A stretch of DNA of 64,000 nt, taken from Gemmatimonadales bacterium (lineage in GTDB: Bacteria > Gemmatimonadota > Gemmatimonadetes > Gemmatimonadales > GWC2-71-9). Below the pieces are notes generated by a model. That model worked only from the letters and a program-made list of their open reading frames with translations. It was not told the origin of the DNA and ran no database searches. The stretch is from the NCBI GenBank assembly GCA_035943095.1, contig DASZCN010000101.1, positions 19,614 to 83,613 on the forward strand, in the 5' to 3' direction. Position numbers and translations under genes: made by a program. Each line of letters starts with the position of its first letter. Within the stretch, counting starts at the first letter, position 1. Below are positions 35,216 through 43,224 of the stretch, piece after piece.

Positions 35216-36904
35216 TCACAGAGCCCGGTTCCTCATTTGATCGGCGATGTGCTCGCTCGTCCGCATGGCCAATGCGAGAATGGTCCATGTCGGATTCTTG
35301 TCCGCCTGCGACACGAACGGTCCTCCATCGGCGACGAACAGGTTCTTGCAATCGTGCGCCTGGCACCAGCGGTTGACCACCGAAGTCTTGGGATCATCGC
35401 CCATGCGCACCCCACCGAGCTCGTGGATGATCGTGCCGCCGGCCGCGATGCCATAGCCCTGCTCGCGCGTCGGCATCGGGGCGAACACCTCGCCGCCCAT
35501 TTCGGCGATGAGCGCCCGAAACGTCTCCTGCATGTGCTTCACCTGCCCGTGCTCGTGGTCGGACCATTTCCAGTGGAATCGGAGCACCGGGATGCCCCAG
35601 CGGTCCACTACCGTGGGGTCGAGCTCACAATAGGTGTCGTCGTTGGGAATCATCTCGCCGCGGCCCGAAAACCCGATGCTCGCGCCATAGTAGCGGCGGT
35701 AATCGTCCTTGAGCTGCTTGCCGTAGCCTCCCCCGGACGGGTAACGGTGGATGCCGCCCAGGAATCCGTAGGACGGCAGGTTTGAGCCGCCCCAGACCTC
35801 GATGTGGTAGCCGCGCGGGAAGTCGAGTTTCGCGTTGTCGAGCCACCACGGCATGTACAAATGCATGCCGCCCACGCCGTCGTGGTTGTGGGGGACGTGG
35901 TCCATCATCTTTGGGATGAACCCGGAGACATCCGTTCCCGTGGTGTCCGTGATGTAGCGTCCGACCACGCCACTCGAGTTGGCGAGGCCGTTCGGAAACA
36001 GCGTGGTCTTCGAGTTGAGCAACAGGCGTGCCGATTCGCAGGCGCTCGCGGCCAGGACCACGACCCGGGCCCGCACGCGGGAGTCGGCCCCGGTGGCCTT
36101 GTCGATATACGCCACGCCCGTCGCCCGGCCGTTGGAATCGACGGTCACCTCGCGCGCCATCGCGTTGGTCATCAGCGTGAGCTTCCCCGTCGCCAGCGCC
36201 GGCGCGATCAGCACATTCGTGGACGTGAAGTTCGCGTTGACGCGGCAGCCGCGGTTGCACTGGCCGCAATAGTGGCACGCGGCCCGCCCGTTCACGGGTC
36301 GCGTGAGGATGGAGAGGCGCGCGGGAATGCAGGTGACGTGCAGCTTGTCGGCCGCCTGCTTCACGAGCAGCTCGTGGCAGCGAGGGCGGGGGGGCGGCAG
36401 AAAAAGGCCGTTCGGTTCGTTCGGCAGGCTCTCCTTGCTGCCGAACACTCCGATCAGCCGGTCGACCTCGTCGTAATAGGGGGCGACGTCGTCGTAGGCG
36501 ATCGGCCAATCGTCGCCCAGCCCGTCCCGGCTCCTGCGCTTGAAGTCGTAGGGTCCGAACCGGAGCGAGATGCGGCCCCAGTGGTTGGTTCGGCCGCCAA
36601 CCATGCGCGCCCGCCACCAGCTGAATTCCGTGCCGTGCGCGCGCGTGTACGGCTCGCCCGCGATCTCCCATCCGCCGATGCAGGCGTCGAATTCGCCGAA
36701 CGGCCGATCGCGCGTGGACGCGCCGCGCCGCGGCGATTCGTACGGCCACTCGAGCATCGCCGAATCCTTGGCGTTGTCCCAGGGCTGGCCGGCCTCCAGC
36801 ACGACGACGTCGGCCCCCGCCTTGGTGAGCATGTACGCCGCCATGCCGCCGCCGGCACCGGACCCGACGATACAGACGTCATACGTCTTGGGAGATGGGC
36901 GCAT
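35216..36904 (-). CDS. GMC family FAD-dependent oxidoreductase
   Basis: YDVCIVGSGAGGGMAAYMLTKAGADVVVLEAG (FAD motif) and a C-terminal GMC domain ...GGVRMGDDPKTSVVN...LFVADGGPF. Start taken as ATG 36904. Confidence 0.87.
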   Translation of the reverse strand: MRPSPKTYDVCIVGSGAGGGMAAYMLTKAGADVVVLEAGQPWDNAKDSAMLEWPYESPRRGASTRDRPFGEFDACIGGWEIAGEPYTRAHGTEFSWWRARMVGGRTNHWGRISLRFGPYDFKRRSRDGLGDDWPIAYDDVAPYYDEVDRLIGVFGSKESLPNEPNGLFLPPPRPRCHELLVKQAADKLHVTCIPARLSILTRPVNGRAACHYCGQCNRGCRVNANFTSTNVLIAPALATGKLTLMTNAMAREVTVDSNGRATGVAYIDKATGADSRVRARVVVLAASACESARLLLNSKTTLFPNGLANSSGVVGRYITDTTGTDVSGFIPKMMDHVPHNHDGVGGMHLYMPWWLDNAKLDFPRGYHIEVWGGSNLPSYGFLGGIHRYPSGGGYGKQLKDDYRRYYGASIGFSGRGEMIPNDDTYCELDPTVVDRWGIPVLRFHWKWSDHEHGQVKHMQETFRALIAEMGGEVFAPMPTREQGYGIAAGGTIIHELGGVRMGDDPKTSVVNRWCQAHDCKNLFVADGGPFVSQADKNPTWTILALAMRTSEHIADQMRNRAL

Positions 36905-36977
36905 GCGCCGGCAAACATCGGCCGAGCGGAGGGAGTCCGCCAGGTTCGGCGGGCGTTGACAGCACATTCGCCTGCTG

Positions 36978-37004
36978 TATGTTTATGCAACCAAGTGCAT
37001 AAAC
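36978..37004. promoter_or_regulatory. AT-rich dyad / ARG-box-like operator candidate upstream of argG
   Basis: tgtatGTTTATGCAaccaagTGCATAAAC has perfect 9-bp inverted arms at 36981-36989 and 36996-37004. TGTATGTTTATGCA fits the 14-nt TG-N10-CA core of ARG boxes. It lies 18 nt upstream of the argG ATG, just before the ggagggg RBS. argR is encoded in the same window. Confidence 0.45.
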
Positions 37005-37021
37005 CTACGGAGGGGTGCGAC

Positions 37022-38254
37022 ATGGGGCCGTTGGTGGTTCTCGCCTATTCGGGTGGACTCGACACCTCGGCGATCGTGCCCTGGCTCCGCGAGCAGTATG
37101 GTGCCCGGGTCCTGTGTTTCGCCGCCGATGTTGGGCAGGGGACGGGAGAGCTGGGCGGTCTGGTCGACAAGGCCAGACGATCGGGGGCCGTCGACTGCGT
37201 GATCGAGGACCTGCGCGAAGAATTCGTGCGCGACTTCGTGTTCCCCACGCTCCGCGCCGGCGCCGTCTACGCCCGCACGTATCTCCTCGGTACGGCTATG
37301 GCCCGTCCCGTGATGGCGTCACGCCAGGTGGCCCTCGCACAGCAAGCGGGCGCACAGGCGGTGGCCCACGGTTGCACCGGCAAGGGCAACGATCAAGTCC
37401 GATTCGAGCTCACCTACGCCGCGCTGGCGCCGGAGCTCCAGATCATCGCGCCCTGGCGCGAGTGGCAATTCAAGGGGCGCGAGGACTTGATCGCGTACGT
37501 CAAGGCCAAAGGCGTACCGGTCCAGGCGACCGTCGACAAGCCGTACTCCACTGACCGCAACTTGTGGCATTGCTCGCACGAAGGCGGCATCCTCGAAGAC
37601 CCGGCGCGCGAACCCCCCGAGCACATCTTCGTCATGACCAATGATCCCCTCGAAGCTCCGGACCTCCCGGTGATAGTGGAGGTCGGGTTTGAGGAGGGGA
37701 CGCCCGTTAGCATCAACGGCGCCCCCATGGGACCGGTCGAGCTACTGGAGGCGTTGAACGAGATCGCGGGCGAGCACGGTGTGGGCCGCGCGGACGTGGT
37801 CGAGGACCGACTCGTCGGAATGAAGTCGCGCGGCGTGTACGAGACGCCGGGGGGCACCTTGCTCCACGCGGCGCATCGCGAGCTCGAGCAGCTCGTGCTT
37901 GACCGGCGCACGTTACGCCTCAAGGACGAGCTCGCGCTGCGTTACGCGGACCTCGTGTACGACGGGCGGTGGTGGTCCCCCGAGCGCGAGGCGCTGGACG
38001 CGGCGGTCGCGAGCACGCAAAAGCGCGTGACCGGCGCCGTGCGCCTCAAGCTCTTCAAGGGCGGCCTCACCGTTGCGGGACGCGAGAGTCCGCACGCCCT
38101 GTATCAGCCATCGTACGCGACCTTCGGGAAAGACAACGTCTACAATCAGCGGGACGCGGAAGGATTCATCCACCTGTACGGGCTGTCGATCAAGATCGCG
38201 GCCGGACTCGAGGCCGCGCGCGGACAACCCGAAGTCAGCACGGTGGCGGACTGA
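37022..38254 (+). CDS. argG: Argininosuccinate synthase
   Basis: VVLAYSGGLDTSAIVPWLRE... (ATP-PPase SGGxDT motif), GCTGKGNDQVRFE, SHEGGILEDP. Confidence 0.95.
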   Translation: MGPLVVLAYSGGLDTSAIVPWLREQYGARVLCFAADVGQGTGELGGLVDKARRSGAVDCVIEDLREEFVRDFVFPTLRAGAVYARTYLLGTAMARPVMASRQVALAQQAGAQAVAHGCTGKGNDQVRFELTYAALAPELQIIAPWREWQFKGREDLIAYVKAKGVPVQATVDKPYSTDRNLWHCSHEGGILEDPAREPPEHIFVMTNDPLEAPDLPVIVEVGFEEGTPVSINGAPMGPVELLEALNEIAGEHGVGRADVVEDRLVGMKSRGVYETPGGTLLHAAHRELEQLVLDRRTLRLKDELALRYADLVYDGRWWSPEREALDAAVASTQKRVTGAVRLKLFKGGLTVAGRESPHALYQPSYATFGKDNVYNQRDAEGFIHLYGLSIKIAAGLEAARGQPEVSTVAD

Positions 38255-39699
38255 TGCCGCGCCCACCTGCGGACACGCCCCCGCCGCCAGCCCCGCCCGC
38301 CGCGCCAGCATCGCACCAGATGTGGGGCGGCCGGTTCACCCTGGGTCCGAGCGAGGCGCTCCACGCCCTGAACCGGAGTTTGCCGGTCGACCACCGGCTG
38401 TGGCCTCAGGACGTAGCCGCGAGCAAGGCGTGGGTGCACGCCCTCGGCCGCGTCGGCGTGCTGACGCCCGCGGAGGAGACGCAGCTCTTGGATGGGCTCG
38501 ATCGGGTGGCTGAGCGGCTCGCCGACGGCGCGGCCGTGGGCGCTCCTGACGAAGACGTGCACACGCTCGTCGAGCGCCTGTTGTACGCCGACGTGGGAGC
38601 CGCCGCGGGGAAGTTGCACACCGGCCGATCGCGCAACGATCAGGTCGCCACCGACCTTCGGATGTGGACCCTCGACGCGATCGATCAGCTCGACCGGGAC
38701 TTGGCCACGCTCGGGCGGGCCCTCATCGCGCGCGCCGAAGGCGGCGTGGAGCTCCTCCTGCCGGGATATACGCACGGACAGCGCGCCCAGCCCGTACGTT
38801 GGGCGTACGTTCTGCTCGCGCATGTATGGCCGCTCGTGCGGGACCGCCAGCGGCTCGCGGACGCGCGGCGTCGCGTCGCTGAGCTGCCGCTCGGGTCCGG
38901 GGCGCTCGCGGGATCGGGGTTTGCCGTCGACCGGGTGCTCCTCAAGGAAGCGCTCGGGTTTCGCTCGGTCTCCGCGAACGCCCTGGACTCAACCGGTGAC
39001 CGCGATTTCGTCGCCGAAGTGGCGTTCGCGCTGGCGCTGGTGGGCACGCATCTGTCGCGGCTCGCGGCGGAGCTCGTGCTCTACACCAGCGCGGAGTTCG
39101 GCTTCGTGCGCCTCGCGGATGACTTCAGTACCGGCTCGAGCCTCCTGCCTCAGAAACGCAATCCCGACGTCTTCGAGCTCGCGCGCGCCAAGTCAGGACG
39201 GTTGCTGGGCGATCTGGTCGCGCTCTTGACGACCCTGAAGGGCCTCCCGGCGGGTTACAGCAAGGATCTCCAGGAGGACAAGGCGCTCCTGTTTGACGCC
39301 TTCGACACGCTCGCCCTCGTGCTCCCTGCAGTCACGGGCGCCATCGCCACGATGACCGCCGATGAGAGCCGGATGCGCGGTGCCCTCGACGCTGCCCTGC
39401 GCGCCACCGACCTCGCCGACTTCCTGGTGGAGACGGGCGTGCCATTTCGTGAGAGTCACGGGTTGGTCGGGAAACTGGTGCGCGAGGCGGAGCGTTCCGG
39501 AGTGCCGCTCGACCGCGTGCCGCATGCCCTGGCGGCCGGGATCCACCCGGCGCTCGGCGCGGCACTGGCCCAGCTTGGAACGTGGGAGGATTCGGTGGAG
39601 AGTCGTGCCACCCCGGGGGGCGCGTCCCGGAGCTCCGTGGCGGAGCAAATCAGTGTGCTTCGGGCTGGGTTCGCCGAGGGCGGGGGTGGAGGGACTTAA
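38254..39699 (+). CDS. argH: Argininosuccinate lyase
   Basis: MWGGRFT..., LHTGRSRNDQVATDLR, GYTHGQRAQP, GSSLLPQKRNPD (fumarate-lyase signature). The ATG shares one base with the argG stop (TGATG). A start at the internal MWGGRF is also possible. Confidence 0.93.
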   Translation: MPRPPADTPPPPAPPAAPASHQMWGGRFTLGPSEALHALNRSLPVDHRLWPQDVAASKAWVHALGRVGVLTPAEETQLLDGLDRVAERLADGAAVGAPDEDVHTLVERLLYADVGAAAGKLHTGRSRNDQVATDLRMWTLDAIDQLDRDLATLGRALIARAEGGVELLLPGYTHGQRAQPVRWAYVLLAHVWPLVRDRQRLADARRRVAELPLGSGALAGSGFAVDRVLLKEALGFRSVSANALDSTGDRDFVAEVAFALALVGTHLSRLAAELVLYTSAEFGFVRLADDFSTGSSLLPQKRNPDVFELARAKSGRLLGDLVALLTTLKGLPAGYSKDLQEDKALLFDAFDTLALVLPAVTGAIATMTADESRMRGALDAALRATDLADFLVETGVPFRESHGLVGKLVREAERSGVPLDRVPHALAAGIHPALGAALAQLGTWEDSVESRATPGGASRSSVAEQISVLRAGFAEGGGGGT

Positions 39700-39750
39700 C
39701 CCAAGCTCTTGCCGGGCCTTAGCCTGTTGTGTAGCATACGTGGCTGGCTA

Positions 39751-39847
39751 GAGGTCGGTGAGGTGGTGGAGATCGTGGAGGACGGAGGAGGCTGTGAAGT
39801 TGCCTCCACCAACCTCCTGAACCTCCCGAACCTCCTCCAACCTCCTC
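39751..39847. repeat. Long imperfect hairpin: GGAGG-rich arm against an arm of four AACCTCC repeats
   Basis: Left arm: gaggtcggtgaggtggtggagatcgtggaggacggaggaggc (39751-39792). Right arm: gcctccaccAACCTCCtgAACCTCCcgAACCTCCtccAACCTCCtc (39802-39847). It lies between the argH stop and the HNH start. Confidence 0.75.
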
Positions 39848-39860
39848 GTGCTGGCCACGT

Positions 39861-40427
39861 TTGCCACTGGGGAGTCCCTTGCGCTGTCTAGCCCTGAATG
39901 CCTCGTTCGAGCCGCTGACCATGGTGCCCGTGCGCCGGGCGCTGCGGCTGGTCATCGACCACAAGGCCGAGATCGTCGAAGCAGACGGCCCCGTGGTGAA
40001 GAGCGAGCGCCTGGCGATCCCCCGGCCGGCGGTCATCCGTCTGGTAAAGTTCGTCCACGTGCCGCGGCGCTTCCGGCGCCAGGTCACGAATACGTTCCTG
40101 TTCGCCCGCGACAACTACCGCTGCCAGTTCTGCGGGCGAAGCCAGCCGGAATTGCGGCACCGGGAGTGCTTAACGCGTGACCACCTGGTGCCGCTTTCGC
40201 GTGGAGGCACGAACGCCTGGACCAACGTGCTCACGGCGTGCAGCTCGTGCAACACGCGTAAGGGCAATTTGCTACCCGAAGAGGCCGGCATGCACCCACT
40301 GCGGCCGCCCTTCGAGCCCCACTTTGTGCACCTTGCCTGGGCCGTGCGGCGCCTGACCTCGATCCAGTCCAAGTACATCCGGCTGTTCTACGGCGGCCAG
40401 GTCCTCGCGACCCTCGAGGCGCTCTGA
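39861..40427 (+). CDS. HNH endonuclease (stand-alone, McrA-like)
   Basis: LNASFEPL..., DNYRCQFCGR...LTRDHLVPLSRGGTNAWTNVLTACSSCNTRK (CxxC...H-N-H...CxxC). The start is TTG 39861 or a nearby TTG. Confidence 0.85.
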   Translation: MPLGSPLRCLALNASFEPLTMVPVRRALRLVIDHKAEIVEADGPVVKSERLAIPRPAVIRLVKFVHVPRRFRRQVTNTFLFARDNYRCQFCGRSQPELRHRECLTRDHLVPLSRGGTNAWTNVLTACSSCNTRKGNLLPEEAGMHPLRPPFEPHFVHLAWAVRRLTSIQSKYIRLFYGGQVLATLEAL

Positions 40428-40828
40428 CGCAGAAGCTTCCCTGGACGATCGCAGGGGCAGCGGCGGTCGCCGCCGTCGCCGTGCTGGCGACAAATAAGGG
40501 CGCCGCGAGCACGGTGCCGCACCCCGATCCGCGCCCTGGGGTGACGGCCGAGCGGGTGTTGGCTCCTTCCCTGATACCAAACACGGCCGGTGCGGGAGAA
40601 GCCTACGCTGCCGCACGGAGCGTCCCCCGCATGCTCGACGGCCTGTACTGCCATTGCGATTGCTCTAAGCATTTCGGGCACCGCTCGCTGCTCACGTGCT
40701 TCGAGTCCGACCACGGCGGCCGGTGCGACATCTGCATGGGAGAAGCGATGCTCGCGGCCCAGCTGGCCTCCAGGGGTGGCTCCCTCGACGACATCCGCCG
40801 CGCGATAGATCTGCGTTTCGGCTCTTAG
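40424..40828 (+). CDS. CYCXC/PCYCGC-motif family-like membrane-anchored Cys-rich protein (5' end uncertain: CTG 40424 or GTG 40481)
   Basis: MLDGLYCHCDCSKHFGHRSLLTCFESDHGGRCDICMGEA shows the motif pattern CYCxC...H.S...CF...H...CxxC. A signal-anchor-like segment (TQKLPWTIAGAAAVAAVAVLA) lies in frame upstream of the first canonical start codon. Confidence 0.5.
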   Translation: MTQKLPWTIAGAAAVAAVAVLATNKGAASTVPHPDPRPGVTAERVLAPSLIPNTAGAGEAYAAARSVPRMLDGLYCHCDCSKHFGHRSLLTCFESDHGGRCDICMGEAMLAAQLASRGGSLDDIRRAIDLRFGS

Positions 40829-41448
40829 TTTGCGTCGGGCCGGCTGAACGTCTCCGACCGCGCCTCGAGCGTTAGGCGCGGCAGGCCGGCAATCCGCACG
40901 AGGAGCCGTTGCGCGCCGCGAGACAACGCATCGCCCAGATTGCCACCGCCTGAGACCGCCGGGCTGACGTCCCCCTTAAGCCAGCGCGTGAGTTCTTCCA
41001 AGTCTGTCTCGTTGAGCGTGGTGACCGCGAGCCTGCAGAGGACGTAGTAATTCCCACTGCCCAGGGGCTTGAGGGTCACGCGATAGGGAATCTCGAACGC
41101 TTGCTCCAGGTCGTCGGCTGACCCGTAGCGGGCCACCGACCCCCCGGTCCGGATCAAGACGAAGTCGTCGGCGAGTGGATCGTGGCGCGCCACCGCGTCC
41201 CAGAACCGATCTGTGATGTGCTGATCGAACCACCCGGACCGCTCGCGCCACAGCTCCAGACGATAATGGAGGCGGAGAGGGAATCCGGATCGCATTAGCG
41301 TCGTGAATTTTCCGTCGGCGAGCAGGCTCGTGGCCTTCACTCGCGCCACGTCTTTCTGGAGGATGATGGTGAGTGCGGGCGCCTGCGCCCCGGCTCGAGG
41401 AGCCGTGGCGGCGCCGAGCAGGGCCAGGACGACGAGTCCCGGCCTCAC
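40825..41448 (-). CDS. DUF4390-like periplasmic protein
   Basis: Signal peptide VRPGLVVLALLGAATAPRAGAQ, then ...FPLRLHYRLELWRERSGWFDQHI... and ...YYVLCRLAVTTL.... It is the last gene of the kinase/sigma-54 activator operon, the usual genomic context of DUF4390. Confidence 0.55.
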   Translation of the reverse strand: MRPGLVVLALLGAATAPRAGAQAPALTIILQKDVARVKATSLLADGKFTTLMRSGFPLRLHYRLELWRERSGWFDQHITDRFWDAVARHDPLADDFVLIRTGGSVARYGSADDLEQAFEIPYRVTLKPLGSGNYYVLCRLAVTTLNETDLEELTRWLKGDVSPAVSGGGNLGDALSRGAQRLLVRIAGLPRLTLEARSETFSRPDAN

Positions 41449-43224
41449 CTAGAAGCGGTGGTCGAGTCGCAGGGTGAATCGCAACGGCTCTCCGGCCGTC
41501 ACCGCCTTGGCCACATACGCGCCGAATCCGCCCCAATCGACGCCCAGCCCGAGGTCGGCGAGCCAGCTGCCGAGCGTGGGCAGGCGATCGGACGGCAGCC
41601 GCCCGGGCCCGTTCCCGACCAGCCAGGCCTGACCCGCGTCGGCAAGGACGACCAGGTCCAGGCCTCGGAGCGTAAGCAGCGACTTCGACGCCTCGTCGGC
41701 AGGCGTCGAGGAGCCGGATGCCCAGTGCAGCGAGAGGTGCCCACGGTACTCGGCCTGTGCGAGTATCACGCGATCGCACGCTGCCACTTGGGTGTTCGTG
41801 AACGCGGGATCGATGATGTCGCGGTTGCAAGCGCTGTGGCGGAAGCCGTAGCCTGCGAGCGGATCGGGACCGCCAATGGAGAGCCGTTGCTGTAGCGGCA
41901 GCGGGTCGCCGCCGATCCAGCCACCGGCGAGCACCCGCAGGTTCACCCGGCCTGATGGGCTCACACGCGTGTAGCGCCGGAAATCGAAAAACAGCCGGTT
42001 GAACTGGTACGACCCGTCCGTGGGGACCGGCCCCCGGACCGAGCTGGGCACGCCGGTCTGGGGCTTCACATCGCCGGAGCTCGAGTGCTCGAAGCGGGCG
42101 CGGAGGAACCACCCCGCCGTCGGGTCGAGTCGATCGTTGCGCGTATCGAAGCTGACCGTCGTCCGAACGGTGGTGTAGTGGCCATCGTCGATCGGCGGGT
42201 TGGGGCGCCAGGCCTGGTCGTTGCGGAACACCGTCCACGGGTCGCGGGCCGCGACGGTCGTCTGCCAGTCGTGATGCAGCTCGAGGTCGAGGCGTAACGG
42301 CCGGTCCGGTTGCACGAACACGCGCCCGGCGAGGCCCTTGCTCAGGTAGTAGTCCCGATAGTCGCGCTGGAATAGGAACGCCGCCCACCCGACCTCACCG
42401 CTCCTCAAGCCCCAGTCCTCGACCGGGGCGACGTCGTCGAAGGCGCGGAACTCGACGCCGTACGCGGGGAGCTCACCCGTGCGGAGCTCGGTCCTGAACA
42501 GGTAGCCCAGATCGCTCCGCTTGTCGGTGAAATCGCCGGCGGTGCGGAAGATGCCCAGGGCATCGATGTGCAGCCGCACGTTCTGATGGAGCCTCCAGTC
42601 GAACAAGGGGCCGAACGCGACGGGCAACCCCTCCACCCGATTGAACGTGCCACCGGTCGCGAGCGAGAGGGATGAGCGCGAATCCGCTGTCCCCCACGAC
42701 TTCTCGATCCCGAGGCTTTGGAACCAGCGCCGCAGATCGGGCGGCGCGAGCGCGATCTCCTCGCCCTTGACGCGATAGGTGAGTGGCGCCGGGTACACGT
42801 GGACCACTCCCCCAACGGTGGCGGTCGAGCGACGCGCTACGGTCCCGCCGACCACGATCACGTCGCCCGTCACCACCGCCCCGGAGTCGAGGATCGCGTC
42901 GCCGTTGATCACGAGGAGGGTTCCGTCGATCCGTCCTGCGAGGACCACGCCGCCGTTGCGTATCGCGACATCGCCCCGCCATTCGTTGCCGGCGGGCAGC
43001 CGGGACCGACCCACGAGTCGCGTGGTGGTCGGCGCGTTGTACCGGCGTACGGCATCTTCCGCCACCTCGCGCGGCAGCTCCGGCGGTCGGACGAAGACGC
43101 CGCCGCTTTCCGGTTGGATGACGATGGCCGTGTCCTGCGCGGCGGCGAGGCCGGGGGACAACGCACAGAGGGCCAGAAGCACGGAGAGACGCATAACGGA
43201 GATCCTGGTTTGGGCAGGGTTCAT
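41449..43224 (-). CDS. Omp85/BamA-TamA-family outer-membrane beta-barrel with N-terminal bactofilin-like beta-helix segment, no obvious POTRA
   Basis: Signal peptide MRLSVLLALCALSPGLAAAQD. Repeats: GDVAIRNGGVVLAGRIDGTLLVINGDAILDSGAVVTGDVIVVGGTV. Barrel motifs: LSIGGPDPLAGYGF, VLADAGQAW, and a C-terminal ...LRLDHRF. The ATG at 43224 overlaps the upstream stop (ATGA). Confidence 0.7.
   Translation of the reverse strand: MNPAQTRISVMRLSVLLALCALSPGLAAAQDTAIVIQPESGGVFVRPPELPREVAEDAVRRYNAPTTTRLVGRSRLPAGNEWRGDVAIRNGGVVLAGRIDGTLLVINGDAILDSGAVVTGDVIVVGGTVARRSTATVGGVVHVYPAPLTYRVKGEEIALAPPDLRRWFQSLGIEKSWGTADSRSSLSLATGGTFNRVEGLPVAFGPLFDWRLHQNVRLHIDALGIFRTAGDFTDKRSDLGYLFRTELRTGELPAYGVEFRAFDDVAPVEDWGLRSGEVGWAAFLFQRDYRDYYLSKGLAGRVFVQPDRPLRLDLELHHDWQTTVAARDPWTVFRNDQAWRPNPPIDDGHYTTVRTTVSFDTRNDRLDPTAGWFLRARFEHSSSGDVKPQTGVPSSVRGPVPTDGSYQFNRLFFDFRRYTRVSPSGRVNLRVLAGGWIGGDPLPLQQRLSIGGPDPLAGYGFRHSACNRDIIDPAFTNTQVAACDRVILAQAEYRGHLSLHWASGSSTPADEASKSLLTLRGLDLVVLADAGQAWLVGNGPGRLPSDRLPTLGSWLADLGLGVDWGGFGAYVAKAVTAGEPLRFTLRLDHRF

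Noticed and set aside
39861-40427. HNH endonuclease as evidence of a mobile element, intron or restriction system.
   Set aside because: There is no methyltransferase, integrase, transposase, direct repeat or compositional shift around it. This stand-alone 'LNASxEPL...HNH' type is a common chromosomal gene.
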